This document shows, in pieces, positions 1 through 7,381 of a stretch of 32,000 nt of DNA. How positions within the stretch are numbered: the stretch's first letter is position 1; every line of letters starts with the position of its first letter. The position numbers were made by a program, and so were the translations under genes. Source of the DNA: Kiritimatiellia bacterium (GTDB lineage Bacteria > Verrucomicrobiota > Kiritimatiellia > RFP12 > UBA1067); NCBI GenBank assembly GCA_035353175.1, contig DAOPZC010000022.1, positions 29,730 to 61,729 on the forward strand, read 5' to 3'. Under the pieces are notes generated by a model. It saw only the letters and a program-made list of their open reading frames with translations, did not search any database and had not been told where the DNA came from.

Positions 1-2
1 TC

Positions 3-1070
3 GAGGGAACGACCCTGGTGACCGCGCCGCTGATCTTTTTTAACCATACGCAGCGCAGCATCGAGGCCACCTGGAAATACATGCTCGTGGGCTCCGTGGG
101 CATCGCGCTCGCGCTGTTGGGCACTTTCTTCCTGGCTTACGCGGCTTTGCATGCGGGGATGGAGACCTCGCTGGTGTTGGAGGATCTGCTCACGCACGCG
201 CCTCAGCTCTCCAAGCCGTGGCTCCACGCGGCGTTCGTGCTGCTGCTCGTGGGGTACGGCACGAAGATGGGGCTGGCGCCGATGCACACGTGGAAGCCGG
301 ACGCTTACGGTGAGGCCCCGGGCGTGGTCGGCGCCATTCTGGCCGGCGGTGTGACCAGTTGCGCGTTTCTCGCGATGTTGCGCACGTACCACATTTGCTT
401 TGCGGCGGGCGAGGGCGCCTATGTGTCGCGGCTGCTGCTCTTCATGGGCCTGCTTTCCATGGCGGTGGCCAGCCTCTTCATGGTCGGCCAGCGCGATTTC
501 AAGCGGATGCTGGCCTATTCCAGCGTCGAGCACATGGGCATTCTCGCGCTCGGCCTCGGCCTCGGCGCGCCGGCGCTTTTCGGCACCCTGCTGCACGTCG
601 TGACCAACGGGTTGACCAAAGGCGTGCTCTTCCTCTCCGCCGGCAACATCCACCGCGCGTACGGCAGCAAGAACACCGAGCAGGTGTGCGGCGCGATGCG
701 CCGGCTGCCGCTCTCCGGAACCCTTTTTCTCGCGGGCTTCCTCGCCATTACCGGGTCGCCGCCTTTTGGGCCGTTCATCAGCGAGTTCTCCATCCTCAAC
801 GGCGCGTTTGATGCGGGCCGGATGGCCACGGGCGGAATTTTCCTTTTCTTGTTGCTCGTGGTGTTTATCGGCATGGGCGCGACGGTCCTCAAGGTCGTGC
901 AAGGGCGGGCTTCGCTCGAGGCCCGCAATACGCCTTACCGGGACACGTTTCTCACGGGGGCTCCGATTGTGGGGCTGATGGTTCTCGTGCTGCTCATCGG
1001 CCTCTATATCCCCGCGCCGCTCGCCGGGTTGATTCGCGATGCGGTTCTTTTCCTGGAGGGCCAGCCATGA
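3..1070 (+). CDS. 5'-truncated Mrp/NuoN/HyfF-type antiporter-like membrane subunit of a complex-I / group-4-hydrogenase-like module
   Basis: The frame is open from the window edge, with no stop before the GTG at 18. The protein is polytopic and hydrophobic and carries the antiporter-subunit signature 'GYGTKMGLAPMHTWKPDAYGEAP'. Its stop overlaps the next start (ATGA at 1067-1070). Confidence 0.8.
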   Translation, partial: EGTTLVTAPLIFFNHTQRSIEATWKYMLVGSVGIALALLGTFFLAYAALHAGMETSLVLEDLLTHAPQLSKPWLHAAFVLLLVGYGTKMGLAPMHTWKPDAYGEAPGVVGAILAGGVTSCAFLAMLRTYHICFAAGEGAYVSRLLLFMGLLSMAVASLFMVGQRDFKRMLAYSSVEHMGILALGLGLGAPALFGTLLHVVTNGLTKGVLFLSAGNIHRAYGSKNTEQVCGAMRRLPLSGTLFLAGFLAITGSPPFGPFISEFSILNGAFDAGRMATGGIFLFLLLVVFIGMGATVLKVVQGRASLEARNTPYRDTFLTGAPIVGLMVLVLLIGLYIPAPLAGLIRDAVLFLEGQP

Positions 1071-2599
1071 ACGATTCCCGTCCCGAACTCGCCACGCTGG
1101 CCAACGGCCAGGCGATCAAGCGCTCCGAGATCCCCGTGTTCGGCCCCGAGGTGTTCGGCCATGCCATTCTCGACGGCGTGGCCGCCCGTCAGCGGGTGAG
1201 CGCGTTGTTCGGCGCCGCGTCGCCGGTCCCCGGCGCGGTCCGGCTTTATGCGGTTCTCGCGGATGACGAGCAGAACCAGCTTTTCGCCGCGGCGACCGAT
1301 ATCGCCGGCGGCGAATTCGCTTCGTTGACGCCGCGCTGTCCCCAAGTCCACCTCTTCGAGCGGGAGATCGCCGAGCAATTCGGGTTGCGTCCTGTCGGAC
1401 ATCCGTGGTTCAAGCCGGTGCGGTATTGCCGCTCGTGGACCGGGCGGGACGCGTGGAGCCGTCCGGCCGACCAGCCGATCTTGCCGGCGGTGGGCGACTT
1501 CTATCGTGTCGACGGCGAACAGGTCCACGAGGTTGCCGTCGGCCCCGTCCACGCGGGCGTCATCGAGCCCGGCCATTTCCGTTTCCAGTGTCACGGCGAG
1601 CAGGTGTTTCACCTCGAGATCGCTTTGGGGTTCCAGCACCGCGGCGTGGAGGAGGCCTTGGTCGGCGGCCCTGACGCGCGCACGATCCATTTTTCGGAAA
1701 CGCTGGCCGGCGACTCCACCGTGGCGCACGCCACCACCTACAGCCAAGTGACGGAAGCCTTGGCGGGATGCCAGACGAGCGCCCGCGCCCAGGCGATCCG
1801 GGGAATCGCCTTGGAGCTGGAGCGTCTGGCCAACCATATCGGCGACTTGGGTGCGTTGGCCGGCGATGTCGGCTATCTGCCCACCGCCAGTTTCTGCGGC
1901 CGCATCCGCGGCGATTTCCTCAACATGACGGCGCTGCTGTGCGGCAGCCGCTTCGGACGCGGCCTGATCCGTCCGGGCGGGATCGGATTCGAGATGGATG
2001 CCGAGCGCATCGCCGAACTTGGCCGCCGCCTCGATGCGGGCGAGAAAGACGCGGCGGTTGCGATCAATCTCCTGTGGCATACCCAGTCGGTCATGGCGCG
2101 GTTCGAAGACGTCGGCCCGCTGCCGCGCAACATCGCCTCCGAGTTGGGAATTGTCGGGCCTGCGGCGCGGGCCTCGGGACTCGAAAGGGACATCCGGCGC
2201 GACCAGCCGTCCGGCATTTTCTGCTTCTCCCACATCCCGATTTCCACCTGCGATACCGGCGACGTTTTTGCGCGCGCCTATATGCGCTGGCTGGATATTC
2301 AGCAGTCGGTCGGCTTTATCCGAGACCAGCTTAAAGCGTTGCCCTCGGGCGCTTCCCGCGTGCCGGTCAAGGCGATCGCTCCGGACAGTTTCGCGGTCGC
2401 GCTCAACGAGGGGTGGCGCGGAGAAGTCTGCCACGTGGCCCTCACCGATGCCCAGGGGCGCTTTGCCCGCTACAAAGTTGTGGACCCGTCGTTTCACAAC
2501 TGGCCCGGACTCGCCTACGCGCTGCGCAATCAGGAGATTTCGGACTTTCCGATCTGCAACAAAAGTTTCAATCTGTCCTATTGCGGACACGATTTGTAA
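1067..2599 (+). CDS. NuoC/NuoD-fused, HycE/HyfG-like large subunit (group-4 [NiFe]-hydrogenase-related) lacking the canonical Ni-Fe cysteine ligands
   Basis: The gene is ATGA-coupled to the upstream gene. It has the large-subunit core 'VGPVHAGVIEPGHFRF...HLEIALGFQHRGVE'. The position of the RxCGxCxxxH motif reads 'ETLAGDSTVAH'. The C-terminus reads 'FNLSYCGHDL*' instead of DPCxxCxxR/H. Confidence 0.8.
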   Translation: MNDSRPELATLANGQAIKRSEIPVFGPEVFGHAILDGVAARQRVSALFGAASPVPGAVRLYAVLADDEQNQLFAAATDIAGGEFASLTPRCPQVHLFEREIAEQFGLRPVGHPWFKPVRYCRSWTGRDAWSRPADQPILPAVGDFYRVDGEQVHEVAVGPVHAGVIEPGHFRFQCHGEQVFHLEIALGFQHRGVEEALVGGPDARTIHFSETLAGDSTVAHATTYSQVTEALAGCQTSARAQAIRGIALELERLANHIGDLGALAGDVGYLPTASFCGRIRGDFLNMTALLCGSRFGRGLIRPGGIGFEMDAERIAELGRRLDAGEKDAAVAINLLWHTQSVMARFEDVGPLPRNIASELGIVGPAARASGLERDIRRDQPSGIFCFSHIPISTCDTGDVFARAYMRWLDIQQSVGFIRDQLKALPSGASRVPVKAIAPDSFAVALNEGWRGEVCHVALTDAQGRFARYKVVDPSFHNWPGLAYALRNQEISDFPICNKSFNLSYCGHDL

Positions 2600-2616
2600 G
2601 GACAGGAGACAAAGCC

Positions 2617-3396
2617 ATGGTCAAGGCGATCCTCGCCCGGCTGCAACAGAAACACCGCACGATGAAGTATCCCGACGGAGCGCCGCCGCCGTTGCCCGAC
2701 CGTTTCCGCGGGCGGCCGCTGATCGACGCCGCAAAGTGCTCCGGCGGCTGCCGCGCCTGTGCCGACGCGTGCCCGACTGGCGCGCTCAGTCCGCAGGATC
2801 CCAGCCGCATCGATCTGGGGAAGTGCCTGTTCTGCACCGATTGCGCGAACGCCTGCCCTAAGCAGGCCATCACGTATTCCGGCAACTACCAGCTTGCGGC
2901 CCGCAACCGTGCCGACCTGATCGTCCCGCGCGAGCGGGAATCCCTGGAGGTCAAAGGCGCCGCGCTCGATGCGCGGCTCAGGAAAATTTTCGGACGGTCG
3001 CTGAAATTCCGGCAGGTCAGCGCCGGCGGATGCAACGCCTGCGAGGCCGATTCAAACGTGCTCGGCACGGTCGGTTGGGACCTGGGCCGGTTCGGCATCC
3101 AGTTCGTCGCGTCGCCGCGCCACGCCGACGGCCTTTGGGTCACGGGGCCGGTCTCGCAGAACATGGCGCTCGCGCTCAAGAAGACATACGACGCGGTGTC
3201 GGACCCCCGCATCGTCATCGCGGTCGGCTCGTGCGCGGTCTCGGGGGGCCCGTATCTCGGCCATGCGGCGGTCCATAACGGCGCCGACGCGGTCGTGCCC
3301 GTGGACCTCTACGTTCCCGGCTGCCCGCCGCACCCGCTCTCCATCCTCGACGGCCTGCTCCGTCTGATCGGCCGCATCGAAGACGGCAAACGTTAG
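2617..3396 (+). CDS. fused 2x[4Fe-4S] ferredoxin (NuoI/HycF-like) and NuoB/HycG-like small subunit
   Basis: An AGGAG lies 8 nt upstream of the ATG at 2617. Ferredoxin motifs are 'CSGGCRACADACP' and 'CLFCTDCANACP'. These are followed by NuoB-type cluster motifs 'GGCNACE', 'VGSCAVSGGPY' and 'VPGCPPHP'. The longer ORF-track start at 2413 overlaps the upstream gene. Confidence 0.8.
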   Translation: MVKAILARLQQKHRTMKYPDGAPPPLPDRFRGRPLIDAAKCSGGCRACADACPTGALSPQDPSRIDLGKCLFCTDCANACPKQAITYSGNYQLAARNRADLIVPRERESLEVKGAALDARLRKIFGRSLKFRQVSAGGCNACEADSNVLGTVGWDLGRFGIQFVASPRHADGLWVTGPVSQNMALALKKTYDAVSDPRIVIAVGSCAVSGGPYLGHAAVHNGADAVVPVDLYVPGCPPHPLSILDGLLRLIGRIEDGKR

Positions 3397-3397
3397 G

Positions 3398-3883
3398 ATG
3401 TCTGTCATGAGGATCACGCTTCTGAATGCCCAGCGCGGGTTCCGGCTCGATATGGCCGCTCTCAAGCGCTTGACATTGGCGATCGGCGCGTTGGCGCAGG
3501 CGCGGACGCCGGATGAGCCGCCGTGGCAGGACGTCACCGTCCACCTCCTGGACGACGTCGGCATCGCGCCCGTCAATGCCGCGATCATGGCCCACGCAGG
3601 GGCCACAGACGTGATCACGCAGCGCTACGAACCGGTCCCCGGCGAGCCGGACGGCTTGGTGGGGGAGCTGTTCGTCAACGTTGAGCGCGCCCGCCGCGCG
3701 GCGCCGAAACGCGGCGTCTGGTCCGCTGACCGCGAACTCGCGCTCTATCTTGCGCACGGCTTTGACCACCTGACCGGCGCGGATGATGCGACTCCAGCTG
3801 AACGCGCGCGCATGCGGCGCCGGGAATTGGGCTGGCTCAAGCGGCTTGCGTTGACAGCATTGTTTCAAACGGGTAAGCTGTAA
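3398..3883 (+). CDS. YbeY-like (rRNA maturation endoribonuclease family) protein with a variant metal motif
   Basis: The protein is 161 aa and starts 2 nt after the upstream stop. The motif 'HGFDHLTGADD' aligns to the YbeY consensus HGxLHLxGYDH, with the third His replaced by Asp. Size and layout are typical for YbeY. Confidence 0.5.
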   Translation: MSVMRITLLNAQRGFRLDMAALKRLTLAIGALAQARTPDEPPWQDVTVHLLDDVGIAPVNAAIMAHAGATDVITQRYEPVPGEPDGLVGELFVNVERARRAAPKRGVWSADRELALYLAHGFDHLTGADDATPAERARMRRRELGWLKRLALTALFQTGKL

Positions 3884-3913
3884 CGCCAACCGCACTGCAA
3901 TGGAGATTTTGTT

Positions 3914-5635
3914 ATGAACGGAGCGTTGCTGCTCGCGCTGTCGCTGGTACTTTTCGGGGCCGCTTATCATTTCTACGGCCGGTTCATCGAGCGGGTGCTG
4001 GGCGTCGATCCTTCGCGGCCGACTCCGGCCCACACGCACAAGGACGGCATCGACTATCTGCCGACGCATCCGGCGATCCTGTTCGGCCATCATTTCGCAA
4101 GCATCGCGGGCGCCGGTCCGATCGTGGGACCCGTTCTGGCCGCTCAGTACGGCTGGGTCGCCGTGGTCCTCTGGGTTGTGTTCGGCTGCATTTTCATCGG
4201 CACGGTGCATGACCTTGCCGCGATGTTCCTTTCGATCCGCCACCAGGGGCGTTCGATCGGCACGGTCATCGAGTCGCTCATGGGCTTCTGGGGACGCCAG
4301 GTTTTCCTTTTCTTCTGCTGGTTCACGCTGGTTCTCGTCGTGGCCGAGTTCACGCGCATTGTGGCCGCCACGTTCGTGGAGACTCCCGCGGTCGCGACGG
4401 CGTCTCTGCTCTTCATTCTGCTGGCGATCGGTTTCGGTACGCTCGTCTACCGCAGCGGGATGAACATCTTCAGGGCGTCGGTCATCTTCGTCCCCCTGAC
4501 CTTCGCATGCGTCTATTTCGGCACGCTGGTGCCTCTCGACCTGGTCAAACAATTCGGGTGCGACGTTGCGACGGCCAAGCAGATTTGGGTCATCATTCTG
4601 CTGGGCTACTGTTTCGCCGCTTCGGTGCTGCCGGTCTGGCTGCTTCTGCAGCCGCGCGACTATCTCAATTCGTACCTGTTGTACGCGATGATGCTGTTGG
4701 GTTTCCTTGGAATCTTTGTCGCGGCGCCGCATATCCATCTCGATGCGTTCACCGGCTGGCTTGCGGTGAACCCGGATACCGGCAATAAAGACCCGCTGCT
4801 GCCGCTGCTTTTCGTCACGGTGGCGTGCGGCGCCTGTTCCGGTTTCCATGCGCTGGTCGCGACCGGCACGACGGCCAAGCAGGTCGACAAAGAGAGCCAC
4901 ATGCGGCCGGTGGCTTACGGCGGCATGTTGGTCGAAGGCGCGCTCGCCATCGTCGCGCTGATCGCCGTGGGCTGGATGACGCAATCGGAGTACAGCGCCG
5001 CGATGAAGGCGCAGGGGGCCGTGACGCTTTTCGCCAGCGGCGTGGCCGGGTTCACCGACAAACTCGGCATGCCCCATCATGCCGGCATCGTCTTCATCTC
5101 GCTGGCGCTGGCGGCTTTTCTGATGACCACGCTCGACACGGCCACGCGCTTGGCTCGTTTCACATGGCAGGAACTTTTTTTGCCGCGCGAGAAGGCCGGC
5201 GGCGAGCAGCCCGGCGAACTGAGCGGAAAGCCTTTGAGCCGGCTGTTCGCCAACCGTTACACGGCGACGCTCTTTGCGGTGGTGGCTTCGGGCTGGCTGT
5301 TGCTGGGCGGCGGGTCCAAGAGCATCTGGCCGATCTTTGCCTCGTCGAACCAGCTTTTGGCGGCGCTCACGCTATTGGGGACGGGACTTTGGCTGTTGCG
5401 CCATAAACGGCCGATCGCCATCGTGCTGGTCCCCATGATTTTCATGATTCTGACCAGCGGTTCCGCGGTCGTAACGATTTTCTGCCGCAGCTTGAACAAA
5501 TGGCAGGCGCATGGCTTTAAGACGGGCGGCGTGACGACGATCACGGCTGCGATTCTGATCATCATGGCGGTCGCGCTGATCGTGTTGGGCGCCGTGAGTT
5601 TCAGGAAGTCGCTGAAGGAAAATCGCGAGGTGTAG
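3914..5635 (+). CDS. cstA: carbon starvation protein A (peptide/pyruvate transporter family)
   Basis: The N-terminus 'YHFYGRFIERVLGVDPSRPTPAH...GHHFASIAGAGPIVGPVLAAQYGW' is the characteristic CstA signature. The protein is a polytopic membrane protein of 573 aa. Confidence 0.9.
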   Translation: MNGALLLALSLVLFGAAYHFYGRFIERVLGVDPSRPTPAHTHKDGIDYLPTHPAILFGHHFASIAGAGPIVGPVLAAQYGWVAVVLWVVFGCIFIGTVHDLAAMFLSIRHQGRSIGTVIESLMGFWGRQVFLFFCWFTLVLVVAEFTRIVAATFVETPAVATASLLFILLAIGFGTLVYRSGMNIFRASVIFVPLTFACVYFGTLVPLDLVKQFGCDVATAKQIWVIILLGYCFAASVLPVWLLLQPRDYLNSYLLYAMMLLGFLGIFVAAPHIHLDAFTGWLAVNPDTGNKDPLLPLLFVTVACGACSGFHALVATGTTAKQVDKESHMRPVAYGGMLVEGALAIVALIAVGWMTQSEYSAAMKAQGAVTLFASGVAGFTDKLGMPHHAGIVFISLALAAFLMTTLDTATRLARFTWQELFLPREKAGGEQPGELSGKPLSRLFANRYTATLFAVVASGWLLLGGGSKSIWPIFASSNQLLAALTLLGTGLWLLRHKRPIAIVLVPMIFMILTSGSAVVTIFCRSLNKWQAHGFKTGGVTTITAAILIIMAVALIVLGAVSFRKSLKENREV

Positions 5636-5638
5636 CAA

Positions 5639-6808
5639 ATGGCGAAGGAATTGGCGTTCGTTCTCATCAACCCGTATCCGATCCGCAAGTCGCGGACCGG
5701 CGGAATCATCGCACGCTATCTCGTGCGCACGGATCTCAAACTGGTCGGCGCGCGGATCATTGGCGCGTCTTCAGGGTTGGCCAACGAGTTTGCCGACTAT
5801 CTGAAAAACTACGATCCGGACGATCCCGAGAAATGCGAGCTGTTCTCCCAGTACGTGCGACGCGCTTACACCCCCGACGAGGATTCCGGACGGCCGCACC
5901 GCTCCATGCTCCTGCTCTTTGAAGGGGAGGATGCGGTCCGTAAGATTTTCGAGGTGACCGGTTCCATCCGGCAGCAGTGGTGCAGCGGCCAGAGCGTCCG
6001 GGACACGTATGGCGACCTTGTGCGCGAGCCTAAGACCAATCGGGTGGAATATTTTGAGCCCGCGGTGCTGGTCGGCGCTAGCAAGAAGGTCGTCGGCGAG
6101 ATTCTCGCGATCTGGCTCAAACACCTGCCGGAAGACGCCGGCATTGTGCGCGGCGCGATGGACGTGCCCGGCGGCGAGGATGTCCAGGAGACGCTGGTGA
6201 TGCTCAAGCCCGACAACTGGAGGCAGCCATCGCTGCGCGCAGGCAACATTATGGACCTGCTCTCCAACTCGGGGCTGCGCATCGTCGGCGTGAAAAAGTT
6301 TTCCATGTCCGTGGCCCAGGCAGAGGAGTTTTACGGCCCCGTGCGTGATAGCCTGAAGAAAGTTTTCATGCGCTTCGGCGCGGACCGCGCGGCGCAGGCG
6401 CTTTCGCGCGAGTTCGGATTTCCTGTCGACGCCGCCCCGCTCGATGATCTGTGCGACTATCTCGCGCCGCTTTTCGCCGGACGCGAGTTTGAGAACATCG
6501 TGGAGTTCATGACCGGACGACGCCCCTCGAACTGTCTGCCTGAGGAGCGCACCTTGCCCGGCACCGAAGAATGCCTTGCCATCGTCTACGAAGGCGTCGA
6601 TGCGGTGAACAAGATCCGCGATATCCTCGGCGCGACCGATCCGCTCAAGGCGCGTCCCGGTTCGATCCGGCGCGAGTTCGGCACCAACATCATGGTCAAC
6701 GCCGCGCATGCCTCGGACTCGGTCGAAAACGCCCGCCGCGAGATGCGTATTCTCGACGTCGTGCACGATCCGCATTTCGAAGACCTGATCAAGGCGTATT
6801 ACGCCTGA
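5639..6808 (+). CDS. tandem nucleoside-diphosphate-kinase-like protein (degenerate N-terminal NDK fold plus C-terminal NDK domain retaining the catalytic His)
   Basis: The C-terminal half reads 'TLVMLKPDN...GLRIVGVKKF...AEEFY...ILGATDPLKARPGSIRREFGTNIMVNAAHASDSVENARREM', which follows the NDK pattern including the NxxH[GA]SD site. The N-terminal half reads 'FVLINPYPIRKSRTGGIIARYL...LLLFEGEDAV...VRDTYGD' and lacks the His motif. Confidence 0.75.
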   Translation: MAKELAFVLINPYPIRKSRTGGIIARYLVRTDLKLVGARIIGASSGLANEFADYLKNYDPDDPEKCELFSQYVRRAYTPDEDSGRPHRSMLLLFEGEDAVRKIFEVTGSIRQQWCSGQSVRDTYGDLVREPKTNRVEYFEPAVLVGASKKVVGEILAIWLKHLPEDAGIVRGAMDVPGGEDVQETLVMLKPDNWRQPSLRAGNIMDLLSNSGLRIVGVKKFSMSVAQAEEFYGPVRDSLKKVFMRFGADRAAQALSREFGFPVDAAPLDDLCDYLAPLFAGREFENIVEFMTGRRPSNCLPEERTLPGTEECLAIVYEGVDAVNKIRDILGATDPLKARPGSIRREFGTNIMVNAAHASDSVENARREMRILDVVHDPHFEDLIKAYYA

Positions 6809-6819
6809 TTTCTCCCTTT

Positions 6820-6904
6820 GGGCGCGTGGTGAAATTGGCATACACGCAGGATTTAGGTTCCTGTGCCGCAAGGCGTGAGGGTTCGACCCCCTCCGCGCCC
6901 ACCA
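6820..6904 (+). tRNA. tRNA-Leu, anticodon TAG (class II, long variable arm), encoded CCA
   Basis: Hand-folded cloverleaf. The acceptor stem is GGGCGCG/CGCGCCC and the 3-bp D stem is GTG/CAC with a GG loop. The anticodon stem is CAGGA/TCCTG with loop TT-TAG-GT. The variable arm is GCC-GCAA-GGC. The T arm is GAGGG-TTCGACC-CCCTC. The discriminator is A, followed by CCA. Confidence 0.9.
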
Positions 6905-7381
6905 TATAAGTTATAATGTTAATGTTAAGGCCATTATGGATAATATTTCGGCGGTTTAAGGTGTGCGCATAAGTCTTTAAAGTGCCCCCAGTCAGGCATA
7001 TAGTGGCAGGGATTGGCGGCCAGTATGTCATCAGAATGCCAACAAGTTGGCCCTCCATAATGGGGTATCACCCTTTCCCTTTATTTCGGTCAGAAAGTAC
7101 GTTGGGCAAAGCGCGAATGAAGGCGAAATCGATTTTCTTGATGGAGGCGTCGAATTGGTTCCACGGCACGGGGTGGGGCGGATGTGCGGAGGGAGGATGA
7201 CGGGGGGTAGGTCCAGACGGTCAACCAGCGCTCGGCGCACCAGCGAACGTGCTCCATGCGCCCGAGGGTCTCGACTTGGTAGGCGGCGATGGTCTGGGGC
7301 TGGCGACTAGGGCGCATCCGCATGGGCCTTTCATTCTGGATTCCTGCTGCCGTCTGCTTCCTTCTGCCGATTGCCCGCGTG

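Noticed and set aside
1004-2590. Long antisense ORFs opposite recognisable genes (1004-2590, 3215-5080 and 5771-6871 on the minus strand; 28067-28912 on the plus strand)
   Set aside because: These are typical high-GC antisense open frames. Their translations are Arg/Ala/Gly/Pro-rich and low in complexity. Each is fully overlapped by a gene with clear family motifs on the other strand.
7031-7323. Minus-strand ORF fragments next to the tRNA that might be an integrase or transposase remnant ('QPQTIAAYQVETLGRMEHVRWCAERWL', 'VPWNQFDASIKKIDFAFIRALPNVL')
   Set aside because: I could not assign the pieces to any recombinase or transposase family from memory, and they are broken across three frames. 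They are mentioned only as evidence of decay at the island edge, not called as a feature.
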